DNA of 51,080 nt from Octopus sinensis (Eukaryota). The notes beneath the pieces were generated by a model. It saw nothing but the letters and a program-made list of their open reading frames with translations. It did no database searches and had not been told where the DNA came from. Positions 11,573 through 23,382 of the stretch are shown here, piece after piece. Within the stretch, counting starts at the first letter, position 1. Every line of letters starts with the position of its first letter. The position numbers were made by a program, and so were the translations under genes. The DNA lies in assembly GCF_006345805.1 (NCBI RefSeq), contig NW_021834199.1, positions 1 to 51,080 of the forward strand. The letters are read 5' to 3'.

Positions 11573-11900
11573 GTGAATCGAAAAGGAGTGATGTTTCATC
11601 AGGAAAATGCCATTTCTTTTGCTGGGCTGAAATCTCATTTGCAAACCCATGCAAATCGAATCGCCAGCAATTATTCTGCCCATATGTCTGAGCACACCTT
11701 TCAATACAATGTATGCCAGAAGGTTTACAAATCTAACACACACCTCAAAAGACATTTTAACATCCACTAATGTCAGAACTTATCTGCAGCTCTTGGTGGT
11801 CCAAATTGGATATGCAATCTATGTGGGTGTCCTTTCAAAGCATTGTCTGGTTTAAAAAGCCACATCATATGCCATGATGATTCTAAGGTGCAGGTACAGG
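11573..11900 (+). pseudogene. Degenerate array of three C2H2 zinc fingers (possibly an RTE-clade LINE C-terminus)
   Basis: ...SFAGLKSHLQTH; FQYNVCQKVYKSNTHLKRHFNIH*; WICNLCGCPFKALSGLKSHIICH. All in one frame with one stop and no TGEKP linkers. Confidence 0.6.
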
Positions 11901-11984
11901 AGGTGGTCAAACTCTGCATAAGGAGTAGACACCCACGTTAAAATGAGAACTCTTTACCCTCCAAAAGGTGGGGCGTGTGCCGCA

Positions 11985-12285
11985 GTTAGGCCGACGAAAG
12001 TCTTGTGAGTGGATTTCGTACACGGAAATTGAAAGAAGACAGTGATATATAGATGTATATTGTGTGCATGTGTGTGTGTGTGTGTGTGTGTGTCTATGTC
12101 TGTGCCCCCACCATTGTTTGACCACCGATGTTGTTGTGTTTGCGTTCCCATAATATAGCGGTTCGGCAAAAGACACTGATGGAATAAGTATTAGGCTTAC
12201 AATGAATAAATCCTGTGGTCGATTTGTTCGACCAACGGCCGTACTCCAGCATGGCCGTAGTCACATGACTGAAGCAACAAAAAAT
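11985..12285 (+). mobile_element. SINE family A, 5'-truncated
   Basis: ggccgac.aaagtcttgtgagtggattt...ccagcatggccgtagtcacatgactgaa. Confidence 0.75.
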
Positions 12286-12322
12286 TATGCCATTTTAATC
12301 CCGAGCAAGGCCGGGTTTCTTT

Positions 12323-12356
<34 letters not shown>

Positions 12357-12360
<4 letters not shown>

Positions 12361-12688
12361 GGAGTAAGCACATCAATGTGAAACAAGGTGGAAAAAAAGA
12401 GTACTCAAATACCAGAGGTAGAGTAACATGCTTTATTTAAAAAAAAAAAAAAAGAAATTTAACAAAAGCTGTTAAATTTCTTTTGTTAAATTTCTGCTGC
12501 TTTTAAATAAAGTATATATATATATTATATATACCGGAGTAAGCACATCAATGTGAAACAAGGTGGAAAAAAAGAGTACTCAAATACCAGAGGTAGAGTA
12601 ACATGCTTTATTTAAAAAAAAAAAAAAAAGAAATTTAACAAAAGCTGTTAAATTTCTTTTGTTAAATTTCTGCTGCTTTTAAATAAAG

Positions 12689-12690
<2 letters not shown>
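12357..12690. repeat. Two near-identical tandem ~176 bp units, each with an internal fold-back, flanked by (TA)n
   Basis: ccggagtaagcacatc...ctttatttaaaa...gaaatttaacaaaagctgttaaatttcttttgttaaatttctgctgcttttaaataaag occurs twice. Shares sequence with 5975-6018. Confidence 0.9.
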
Positions 12691-12723
<33 letters not shown>

Positions 12724-12726
12724 GCG

Positions 12727-12793
<67 letters not shown>

Positions 12794-13324
12794 GTGTGTG
12801 TATACATATATGTATATATGTATATATATATATATATGAATGTATGATTGTATATATATAGGTGAGGTTTTATGTGTGTGTGTGTGTGAGTGCATGCGTG
12901 CGTGCGTGTCCATGTGTGTGTGTATGTCTCTATATGTGTATATGTGTGATATGTTCGTGTGCCTGTGTTCGTATGCGTGTGTATGTATGTACATGCATAA
13001 CTCACACAGACATACTCACACGCATAATACATAGTCACAGATACATACATACATACATACATACATACATGCATACCTATAACATTTAACTAGAACAAAC
13101 AGAATAGAACAAAATTGAGTCTGTAATGCTAATAAAGTATCTGGTTTGACCTGGAAACAGTTATCAGTTTGTGTGCAACGTTGATAGAACTAAAAGGCTA
13201 TTGTTACAACCACTGATAAAATGAATAGACCTGATTCTACTTCTGGTGAATATCTATTGGCAGGTTCCGGTTACTGACACGGGGAGGGTTTATTTATTTA
13301 TTTTTTTTTTTTTTTTTTTTTTTT

Positions 13325-13548
13325 TTTCTCTAGTTTCAGCTCAGAGCTGTGGCCATGCTGATGCACCGCCGTTTTGGTGAAAGCGTACAGCAGGGATCGC
13401 TCGCCATCCCCTGCCGGAGCATCGTGGAGCTTTTTTTTTTTTAGGTGTTTTCGCTCAATAAACACTCACAACGCCCGGCCTGGGAGTCGAAACCGCGATC
13501 CTACGACTGCGAGTCCGCTGCCCTAACCACTGGGCCATTGCGCCTCCA
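13325..13548 (-). mobile_element. tRNA-derived SINE, family D
   Basis: Minus strand ggaggcgcaatggcccagtggttagggc...ggtttcgactccc, tail ggcggtgcatcagcatggccacagctctgagctgaaac, then an A-run. Confidence 0.75.
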
Positions 13549-13789
13549 CTTATTTATTTATTTATGTTTTTGTTTTACGAAACCTCCATTGAAGAAAAAA
13601 AAAAAATTGTCAAATCCCAACCAACTCGAATAATAAAGGTAAAGAAATAATAGGAATAATAAAAAAAAGACCGCCAAAGCTAATTAACCAACCAAATATG
13701 CAAACAACCGCAAAAAAAGTGTTCTATGAGCTGTTTTGAGTTATAACCGACAACTCCGACAAACACACCCATCCCCATCTTCCTGCTTC

Positions 13790-13998
13790 AAGTAGTAGTA
13801 GTGGTGGTGGTGGTGGTGGTGGTGGTGGTGGTGGTTAATGTTGTAGTAGTAGTAATACTTGTAGTAGTAACAGAGGGTAGCAGTAGTAGTACGAGGAGGG
13901 TAGTAGTAGTAGTGGTGGTGGTGGTGGTGGTGGTTAATGTTGTAGTAGTAGTAATACTTGTAGTAGTAACAGAGGGTAGCAGTAGTAGTACGAGGAGG

Positions 13999-14049
<51 letters not shown>

Positions 14050-14206
14050 TGGTGGTGGTGGTGGTGTGGTGGTAGTAGCAGTATGGGGAGGAAGAGGGGT
14101 AGAGGGTGAGCTGCAAGAAGAGCATGAGGAAGAATAGGAAAAAAGTAGGAGTATCAGTATTACTAGTTCTAAGAGTAGTAATAGCGGTGGTGGTGGTAGT
14201 AGAAAA

Positions 14207-14267
<61 letters not shown>

Positions 14268-14418
14268 GGTGGTGGTGGTGGTGGTAGTAGCAGTATGGGG
14301 AGGAAGAGGGGTAGAGGGTGAGCTGCAAGAAGAGCATGAGGAAGAATAGGAAAAAAGTAGGAGTATCAGTATTACTAGTTCTAAGAGTAGTAATAGCGGT
14401 GGTGGTGGTAGTAGAAAA

Positions 14419-14459
<41 letters not shown>

Positions 14460-14572
14460 ACGGTTTGCTTTTTTTTTGTTATTTTTATTGTTTTCGTAGT
14501 GGGACTTCTTTAAAAGAGTTAAGTGTGTAGTTACTATGTAGTAGACAGGAGTTTATGAATAACAACAACAAC

Positions 14573-14657
<85 letters not shown>
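13790..14657. repeat. (GTG)n/(GTA)n/(AAT)n/(GAT)n trinucleotide field with internal ~108 bp and ~212 bp tandem duplications
   Basis: Repeated spacers gttaatgttgtagtag...acgaggagg and agtatggggaggaagagg...gtagaaaat. Confidence 0.9.
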
Positions 14658-14659
<2 letters not shown>

Positions 14660-15269
14660 TCTTTCTTTATTGGCCACAAGGGCGGCCGAACACAAAAGCA
14701 TAATAATAGAACAATTTGAAAGTATAGGTAATAGTATCAAATGAAATTTCTGTTGGTAGTGGTAAATAAATGGTAGATTCAGAGATGGTAGAGGCAGGTA
14801 AGAATGATAGAAAGTAACCGGAAGGAGAAGAATAGTAAGAACAAAAGAGACTGGTGGGGGTGGCGAAAAGAAAAAAAAAATTGGTCAATGAGACCCAGTT
14901 TATTTATACCATCAGCTGAAGGAAATAATCCGACCGACGTGGTTTAATTAGTGACAGAACAAGCGCGCGCACACACATATACATACACACACACACATAC
15001 ACACACACATAACACACACATATACATACATACATACATACACACACATATACATACATACATACATACATACATACATACATACATACATACATACATA
15101 CATACATACATAATTGCATGCGTACATATATTCATAAATTCATGCACACATGCAGATACTCATAGACATATTTACACAGACATACGTACAGCTATGCATG
15201 CACACGCGCATACAAATTAGAATATGTAGGACAAAAAAGAAAGCAGCTGATATACTTTAGATATAATGA

Positions 15270-15530
15270 TCCACCCACAACTTCACATGTTAATAAAACT
15301 GTCGTCTGGTACAAAAACAATACAGATAATAGAAGAGGGAGCAATAACTTTACAACTAAACTGCTCGTATTTACCAAACGGCCCACACTATTCGCCCTCA
15401 TCCCTCACCATGCTAACTAAAACAACCCCTCTCCAAATGACACCTTTGTTCCACGCACATAGCTGTTGCAATCACATGGTAAACGTGTTTTCTTCTGACC
15501 ACCTACCTATTATCGTTATAACATACTCAC
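15270..15530 (+). pseudogene. Possible LINE APE-endonuclease remnant
   Basis: SSDHLPIIVIT resembles the APE C-terminal SDH motif. The rest is highly degenerate. Confidence 0.35.
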
Positions 15531-16579
15531 ACATCAATGAAAACACAAATTATAAAATTAAGCAAAAAATATATATATATAAAGCCTTGTGAAATCACTT
15601 CCACCAAGAAAGAGAATTAAATTTCACAGACTTCCATAACGCCCCCAAATCATCAGCGTAAGCACTGTAGTATGTACGTTCAATAAAATAATGAATGGAT
15701 GGATGGATGGATGAATGAATGAATGAATGAATGAATGAATGCTTCTATCTTCATGGCTGTGAATCAAGGACCTCACAGGCAACCACTGTACTTCCATTCA
15801 TTGCGTCTTCGCGCTCCCTTCGAGATGAATAGAATCGGTGGCTCGTCAGTTCTCTGTTGCTCTAATTTACTATCGAAGTTGACTCCCTTAGCCTTCGCCT
15901 CTTCCCAAGCACTCAGAGAGAGAGGGGGTTTATGCTCGGAGGTACCAAGTATGCCGACCCGATATTACCTACACAGGTATACTGCTTGTGCAACTGGGGA
16001 CACAGTAGTACCTTTTCCTAGACATGCCGTCACAAAAGGTAAAGGATGCTTCGCTCCTAATGTTTTACATGTTATATCCTAACCCGAAATTTCTAAGTCT
16101 CCATGTTATTGTTAAGTAGTCGTTGACTCTGTGATGGTTTCATCCGTCCTTTTGACAGGTATCATTTTTTTGCTCTCCTAGGTTTCAAGCAACTTTGCTC
16201 ACGAGGCGAGCTTGGTTGGGGAGCTAGTTTCAATAACTGACGGTCCTATCTTGCAACAGGCTGTACCGGACATGTTACCGATAGAAATTAGGATACATCT
16301 ACCAACATAATATGAATTAAAGATTGCTTCCAGATAACATGTCATAGCAGGAAACATAAACAAAATATAACCTCACATATCTGAAATTGGAAACTAGGTA
16401 AAATTCGAGAGACAACTTCATACGTAGCTCTCTAATTTCACATTCAATAGAAATGAAACAAAAAACTGGTAAACATTTGTGATGTATAAATTAACATAAA
16501 CAAGCAGTAAAATACTATTTAAAGCAATTAACGCCAACAATTCTTAACAATAGATCGTAGTAACAACTTCATCATCATC

Positions 16580-17135
16580 CTTCGACATGGTTGAACAACC
16601 AGTCCCAACCAGTACAATCCGTGCCCCGTATGGCATAGCTGTTTCTGACTATGATTTGTTGCCTTCTGCTGTTAGAGTCTGGTTTCATTCTTGTCGTACT
16701 TATCACATGCAGGATTTCCTTAAGCATTCGATTGTGCCTCTGCATGTATCTTTCTCGGGCCAGTGCCACTCTGCAGGAGCTCAGAATGTGTTACATTGTC
16801 TGCCCACTCCGACATTGGATTAATTGATTTTCCCCCACTTCACTAGGTTTGTATTCGAAGGCAGGAAATCATAGACATATCTAAGGATAAAACCTATTCT
16901 AAGAGATGCCATATTCCACAAGTCGTTCCAGCTGAGACACTTCTGGAGTGAGCCTTCCCACGTCGTCCACTGCCCCTGTTGGTTCTGTTGTACTGCCTTC
17001 CAGGTTCTTGTAGCATCCTGTTCCTTTTGTCGTCTCTTGTAAAATCAGATCTCTCCTCATATTTCCTCTGGCCTCTGACCACCATTCTATTTTTGTTTAC
17101 ATAACACATATCAGGCTGCCACATTTAACCAGCAT
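16580..17135 (-). pseudogene. HERO/NeSL-like RLE LINE fragment (zinc-knuckle region)
   Basis: KAVQQNQQGQWTTWEGSLQKCLSWNDLWNMASLRIGFILRYVYDFLPSNTNLVKWG...HILSSCRVALARERYMQRHNRMLKEI. Confidence 0.75.
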
Positions 17136-17412
17136 GCTTCTCACAAACCTTGAGAAAAAAAAGAAATACACAACAGTTTCAACAAAGCTAGCGATCGCAC
17201 ATGCATCATTGTAACAAACATCGACACCAGTAAAACTTACAGCTTTATCGCCCGCTGTACAGTTTTAAATCTTTTTATGAAACAACTCATAATGCTAGCA
17301 AGCAAATCATTTATTGGCTCACCAAAATTAGTCTCCAACAACGATGCAGCTGGTATTTACAATTTTCCGAATGTTGTACTACAAGTATTCGTTCTCCCTG
17401 CAATACATTTTA

Positions 17413-17588
17413 ACCCATATTTAGACGACTTTACCGCATACATAAAAGACACCACAGCCAAATCTACCCTCAACGCTTCACAACTGTTCAAACCCAACAT
17501 ACCCATATTTAAGCGACTTTACCGCATACATAAAAGACATCACAGCCAAATCTACCCTCAACGCTTCACAACTGTTCAAACCCAACAT
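17413..17588 (+). repeat. 88 bp tandem duplication (17413-17500, 17501-17588) within a possible APE remnant
   Basis: acccatattta..cgactttaccgcatacataaaagaca.cacagccaaatctaccctcaacgcttcacaactgttcaaacccaacat occurs twice. Confidence 0.9.
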
Positions 17589-17618
17589 AAACCACCTCGA
17601 AACTTGGCTGAAGTTCAT

Positions 17619-17950
17619 GTTAGTTAGTTAGTTAGTTAGTTAATTTTTGGCTCAAACAGCAAAAAGCAAGGCCATGTAGGGGGACATGGAGTTATGTACA
17701 GGGTGGTGTTCATGTAAAGAGTTCAGGCCACTTGAGATCAAGGGAGACTTTGAACAAAGCGGTCGTCGGCATCTTCACCATCTCGTCTGGCAGCTTGTTC
17801 CACGGATCCGCAACCCGGACGGAGAAAGCCCCTCTCCTTCGGCTGAGATGAAATCGTCGCAGATAGAGCTTTTCGGAATGACCCCGCAGCCGACGCTCTG
17901 GAGCAGGAGTGAAGAACAGCTCTTTCGAGAGGTTACACTTTCATGTATCC
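17619..17950 (-). mobile_element. CR1-type LINE 3' end with (AACT)n tail
   Basis: RRLRGHSEKLYLRRFHLSRRRGAFSVRVADPWNKLPDEMVKMPTTALFKVSLD..., followed by a UTR and taactaactaac. Confidence 0.8.
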
Positions 17951-18533
17951 TCATCCATATCCAATATCTTCCTGGTTACCAGCAACCCGAGATAGCATCA
18001 AATATAACCAACCATATGAGCTGACTAGAGAGCCTCTATACGGTCACACGAAAGACAAGAGTTTGGAGTGAGAGTGAAGGGATAGAGAGAGAACTAAGTA
18101 AGAAAGGAAAATAGAAAAAGAACTTACTCTATATCAAACTCTCTAAAATATAACACTAAAAACTTTGTCCCAAGTTTTTGGGAACTTTCTCATTACATAC
18201 GGTTTCCCTACAGTTAATCTACAGAATTTTAGAATATCATAGACCTTATCAAATTTTTGATAGCGTGTAACACTTAAGGATACTATCTTTCTTCCTTTAT
18301 GGGCACACAGGAGGAGTACGGCCAGTGGCCATTACAGGACCTTCTTGACTAGTCAAGTTGATGCGGTGATACACAAGGTGAAACGTGATTGGTGAAGAAA
18401 CTGGACTAAAATACAGAGTTAGTTACCCGCTGCAACTTGTGCTTGAGGGCACAACGTCACGTTAAGGATCTTTTTATTGTGGGAAAAATGTGAAATTGAT
18501 AATAAAATATTTTGTTGTATGTCGGAAGAGTCA

Positions 18534-18573
18534 TTACAAATCTGTTTCAACATAGAAGTTCACATCGAGATTC
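18534..18573 (-). other. Candidate terminal exon (NLDVNFYVETDL* or ESRCELLC*)
   Basis: Strong acceptor tttcatttttttcatttctttttacag. AATAAA at 18473-18478 (-). Confidence 0.3.
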
Positions 18574-18944
18574 CTGTAAAAAGAAATGAAAAAAATGAAA
18601 TATAATATATTTTATTCTTACATTAAATAAATTGTAATAAAAGCTTTTATTTTATACATTTGTAGTTTTTATTTCTTGACAAAAACTTGTAAAATTCAAC
18701 TTGACCAGGGAGAAAACAACCCTACTCTGATGCACGTGTAATTCTGCCCTGTTCCTTTCTTATTTATTTTGATGATTTTTCAAATTTTCTTTCAAAATAG
18801 TGACAAAAGGCTTATGAGTAAACAAAATCCGAACATTAACGTCCCATACCACTGATTTAGATATTTTACAAGATTTGCATGCATGTGTTCGCTTGGCACA
18901 AGATATTGCAGCTAAATATCTCTTTGGTTATATCCTACAGTCAG

Positions 18945-19356
18945 GGCGGTCTTAGAAGTATTATAGGCCCCTGGGAAAATCAATGCACTGGGATCTATAG
19001 TATTTATTCATTGACAAGCCACGTGTATAGATAAGAATTGGGCCCCTAAACCCGTGAGGTCCCTGGCCAACTGTCCAGAATCCTCATGCCTTAATACGAC
19101 ACTACATACAGTCTTAAAAACGGAGGTACACTATATTTGGAAAGAAGAAAAAAGACAAAGTAGTCACAGCAAGAGTTACTTAGATCTACCAGTAGTGTAC
19201 TTAGAACCTGAGACAGTCCTTGATTTTGCGCATCCACGTGGGGTCGCTAAGACTTTCCAGTCTTATGCAGCAAACCCAAAAGTGCCGCCCACATAAAAGC
19301 ATCACCCAGGGTAGACTGTCCCCCACCCATCGCCCAACTTACTAGCTACACTACTG
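18945..19356. mobile_element. Two old MITE-like remnants (18945-19105; 19190-19356)
   Basis: cagggcggtctta...ggcccc in the first. TIR cagtagtgta/tacactactg in the second. No TSD recognisable. Confidence 0.4.
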
Positions 19357-20137
19357 AAGTGTGCTGAATCAAGGCCAACTTTGGTGTTAGATAACACCAC
19401 CAACACCACCACCAACAACAACAAAATGAATATCGTAGTGTGTTTGATATTGTTGTCCAGTCAAACTGGCACCAATTCTCTAACTAAATAAATAAATAAC
19501 TCAATAAACAAATAAATAATAAATAAATAAAACAAAATACAAGCAAATTAAAAAAAAAAGAAAGAAAACTTGAAACAAAGTACAGGTTGAAACTCTTTAT
19601 TACCGAATCCAAGGTCAAATATAACACAATATGGCAGAACACACCTGTAACTGGGGAGTGGGGTCTGGTGGTGGATTATCTGAGTATATGATCTCAGTGT
19701 CAGACATTCGTGATAAAATCACACGTGCCATTTACTATTCATACGTGTAAGAAGAAAACATACAATGAAAAGATTTCACGACTATCAAACAACAAGCAAA
19801 TGTTATTATGTATTTACCATATCACAACTGTTCTGTTGTTTTACGGGGAGTTTTTGTGGCTTTGTATTAGCTTGTTTGTTTGTTTTTTCCATCATTATTT
19901 TACTTTATGAATACATAGATTGTTTTGTGTTCCTCGGCATAAAGATTAAACTGGAACTTATTTTAGATAATATGAACATCTTTACAACTAGAAGTAAAGT
20001 TATTGTTCAGACAACAATAATACTTTTCTTCCATAGATGCATGGCATGAAATATTTCGTGGAGTGGGTCAGTCGATTACTTCGATATTAGTGCTAAACTG
20101 GAAGATCAATTGGTATTTAATGTTATTAATGTTATTA

Positions 20138-20365
20138 AAGGCGGCGAGCTGGCAGAAACGTTAGCACTCCGGGCGAAATGCTTTGCGGTATTTCGTCTAC
20201 CATTACGTTCTGAGTTCAAATTCCGCCGAGGTCGACTTTGCCTTTCATCCTTTCGAGGTCGATAAATTAAGTACCAGTTACGCACTGGGGTCGATATAAT
20301 CGACTTAATCCCCTTGTTTGTCCCCTCTGTGTTTAGCCCCTTGTGGGTAGTAAAGAAATAGGTAT
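20138..20365 (+). mobile_element. SINE family B, full length
   Basis: aaggcggcgagctggcagaaacgttagc...gagttcaaattccgccgaggtcgactttgcctttcatcctttc. Confidence 0.85.
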
Positions 20366-20370
20366 TAATG

Positions 20371-20498
20371 TTATCGACCCCGAAAAGATTTAAGGCAAAA
20401 TCGCCCTCGGCAGAATTCGAAATCAGAACGCTAACTTGGAAGAAATACCACCACGCATTTTGTACATATGCTAACAATTCTACCATCTCGCCGCCTTA
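20371..20498 (-). mobile_element. SINE family B, diverged 5' half, inverted against the previous copy
   Basis: ttatcgaccccgaaa...ggcaaaatcg.cctcggc...ctcgccgcctta. Confidence 0.75.
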
Positions 20499-20618
20499 TG
20501 TTCAAACAAAAATAATTCTTTCGTCTATAATAGTATTTCTCAACCATTTTTTAACTATGGATCCCATTCATTCCCATTTTCCTCGGATGGACCCTCCAAA
20601 CCATTTGATGTTTAAATA

Positions 20619-20759
20619 TAAGGTTGTCCCAAAAGTTCGTAGAAAGTCTTGGAAAATAATGGTCTTTATTTTGAGGAATAATTTTTGTTGTTTTTGTTAG
20701 TACTTGGCGAGTAAAAATTCAATTTTCGCAAGTGTTTACGAACTTTTGGGACAACCTAA
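20619..20759. mobile_element. 141 bp mariner-type MITE with TA TSD
   Basis: TA|taaggttgtcccaaaagttcgta ... tacgaacttttgggacaacctaa|TA (22/23 identity). Confidence 0.85.
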
Positions 20760-20764
20760 TATTA

Positions 20765-22000
20765 CACTGGTTTACAATTTTTTTTTGTTTTTGTCTGAGG
20801 CATGGATGTGAATAGGTATTTTTTTTTTACTAAGTTTGGTGTGGTGAATTCAATTTTGTGAACAGTTTTGCTCTATCGCCTCTGGTTTTTTTTTTTTTTT
20901 GCTCTCACATATCCCATTTTAATTATACTGCATATAAGTTCAAAATATTTCATCTGTCACAAAAGCATATTACAGAAAAAACAAAAATGCATAGATACAG
21001 AACATTGATGGAAGTAAATTTCTTGGATAAAACAATACACACAAATCATAGTACAGCAAGCAGTTAGAAGTGAGGTGGTTTTTTTTTTTTTTTTTTTGAC
21101 GATCTTGTGTTCTTTGACTCCGGGATGTGACGCAAGAGCATCCGGCAAAAAACCCCCATCAAGTTAGGGTTCCACATGCCTTGGTAGTTGCTCTCCATCT
21201 TTGTGATATCTTGCTGGAACCTTTCTCCATGCTCATCACCCACAGCTCTCCGAGCGTCGGAGGAAAGAAGTTGAGATGGGAGTGGAGAAAGTGAATTTTG
21301 AGTGACATTCGGCATTCCATATTCTCATAAGACTGTAACAACTTCTCAAGACACTCTTGATAATCTACTACACGTGTGTTACAAAGGAAGCCGTGGCAGA
21401 CTGACTTAAATGCTTCCCATTCTCTCAGTTCCTTTAAGATAAGAAGCTCCTCAAAGTCCTTATCCTTCGGTACCTCGCGGATCTGAGGTCCGATGAAGGG
21501 GCTCCCCTTGAGCTTAGCTAAACTCAGAGCTGGGAACAGAGTGTGCAAGTGTTGGAAGGCAGCACCACTTTTGTCCATGGCCTTCACGAAATTCTTCATT
21601 AAACAAAGCTTGATATGAAGAGGAGGAAGAAGCACCTTGTCCATGTCCACCAGAAGATTTTCTGGGACACTGTGTTCACCAGACACGAAAGTGCTCCTAG
21701 ATCCCCAGTCCTTCTGCTCATAGTGATTTGATACAGCCCAACTGTCCCAGAGACAGAGAAAGCAACAATACTTTGTGAAGCCTGCTTGCATACCCACAAG
21801 GAGCCTAATGACCTTGAGGTCTCCACAGAGACTCCACTGGAACTGGTTGTACTTGAAAGCTTCCAAGAGGAGCTCCATATTGTTATACGACTCCTTTAGA
21901 TGGAGTGAGTAGACAATGCGAATGCTGGCGTTTTTATTCCCATTGAGCAGGAGAGTCTTCAGACCCCTCATGAAGGAGTCTATAATAAGACGCCAATTGC
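20765..22000 (-). mobile_element. Chapaev3-like (CMC) DNA transposon, 5'-truncated
   Basis: Terminus tta|CACTG at 20765. Transposase WRLIIDS...CGDLKV...GFTKYCCFLCLWDS...LPPLHIKL...KIHFLHSHL...DEHGERFQQDI. Superfamily assigned from remembered motifs. Confidence 0.65.
21100..21995 (-). pseudogene. Transposase pseudogene (270 aa open stretch, frameshift near the C-terminus)
   Basis: ORF 21159-21971 continues in another frame as AVGDEHGERFQQDITKMESNYQGMW. Confidence 0.85.
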
Positions 22001-22111
22001 ATTTCCACAGTAGATGAAAGTTACCGGAATTTCAAGAACTAGACAACTACCATTGAATATCTTAATCATGAACAACCTTGTAAGAAAGGTAAAGTGGGAC
22101 CAGCTTATGCG

Positions 22112-22207
22112 AGTCGTCAAATTTGGCTAAGACGTCATCGAATTTGGCTCTAAGACGCCATCAAATTTGGCGAAGACGTCATCAAATTTGGCGAAGACGT
22201 CATCAAA
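22112..22207. repeat. 21 bp minisatellite, ~4.5 copies
   Basis: Unit gtcatcaaatttggcgaagac. Confidence 0.9.
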
Positions 22208-22291
22208 TAGTCCTCATAATTCATTTATGATTTCTTTCAGTTTGTGGTTTCTTCTAACAGAAACATATTTACTCTCAAAGCTGAAACTTAC

Positions 22292-22432
22292 CTGAACAAG
22301 ATCAGAAACAACCTTATCCTTCCCACTGGAGTTTCAAGTTTAAAATTCGTATGATTCCATATATCACTAGAAAGCATCAGATCTTGCATCCATGCATCAT
22401 ATTCAGAAGAGGACAGCATTAGGATTTTCTCT
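22292..22432 (-). other. Candidate 141 nt internal exon (EKILMLSSSEYDAWMQDLMLSSDIWNHTNFKLETPVGRIRLFLILF)
   Basis: Acceptor ttttatttttcttaaag, donor CAG|GTAAGT. Length is 3n with one open frame. Confidence 0.4.
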
Positions 22433-22744
22433 CTTTAAGAAAAATAAAAGGTCTAGCGGGCTCCAACAAAATTATAAAATTACTTAAGTAATTTTAATAC
22501 ATTATATATTTGTGCGCATATGCATGTATATGTATGTGTATATGTGTATGTGTGAATATGTCGTTTTAGTATTTTCTAGTCTTCACCTTCTCCTCGCCTC
22601 CCTCTGTTATCTGTTGTAAGATTTGTGGCGCAAATTTTATTTTCTCTTCACTGTATTCGTTACATTCTCTCTTCCTTAATATTTGTTACCTTTCCCCCCA
22701 TTTCCATCAGTTCCCTTCCTCTTCCTTTCATAATCCGAATATAT

Positions 22745-22962
22745 TGGTTTCAAATTTTGGCACAAAGCCAGCAATTTTTGGAGGAGTGTGTAAGTCGGTT
22801 ACATCGATCCAAGTTCTCAACTGGTACTTATTTTATCGACTCCCAAATGATGAACGGTTGAGTAGACCTCGTAGGAATTTGGAGTTAGAACGTAAAAAAT
22901 GAACGAAATGCCACAGAGAATTTTGCTCGGCATGCTAACAGTTCTGCTAGTTCACCGCCTTA
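22745..22962 (-). mobile_element. SINE family B, diverged
   Basis: aactggtacttattttatcgac...gacctcg.aggaattt...tcaccgcctta. Confidence 0.7.
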
Positions 22963-23361
22963 TAAACCGAATATATTGATCCTTCAAAACTACTTTGCAT
23001 TTCCTTTCTTTCTGATGAAAGGCTCTATATGAAACGTTAGACTTTTCTACTTCTTCATAGCATTTATTCCACTGTTTGAAATATTTATATCATTGCTTAC
23101 CGACGCTAAATATCACTAGTTTTCTCTGACTCTGTTGTTACATTACACAAATAATATCTTACTTATACTTATATTTAGCCCATCATTTTTATAATCATTT
23201 AGTATCTTTGTCATGTCAACGATAGCTGAGTCTTTGGGATTGCTATTGCCCCATTCTTAGAAATAACATCAATTAATTTCATCCTCACCAACGCCACCAA
23301 AATTTCTTTTTAACTACTGTTTGTCATCGCTGAATAAAAATAAATATTTTCTTTCTGTCAG

Positions 23362-23382
23362 AATACGAAGAGGACACAGCAA
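23362..23382 (+). other. Candidate 21 nt micro-exon
   Basis: tttctttctgtcag|aatacgaagaggacacagcaa|gtgagt. All three frames open. Confidence 0.25.

Noticed and set aside
13741-14337. 198 aa His/Tyr/Pro-rich ORF that looks like a structural protein
   Set aside because: Composed of (TAC)n/(CAC)n tracts with local duplications, open in several frames and on both strands, with no splice or codon evidence.
19645-19734. Minus-strand exon ending CAG|GTGTGT
   Set aside because: Weak acceptor and early stops in all three frames after it; at most a UTR or non-coding exon.
22112-22207. CRISPR-like regular repeats
   Set aside because: No unique spacers and no cas genes; eukaryotic minisatellite.
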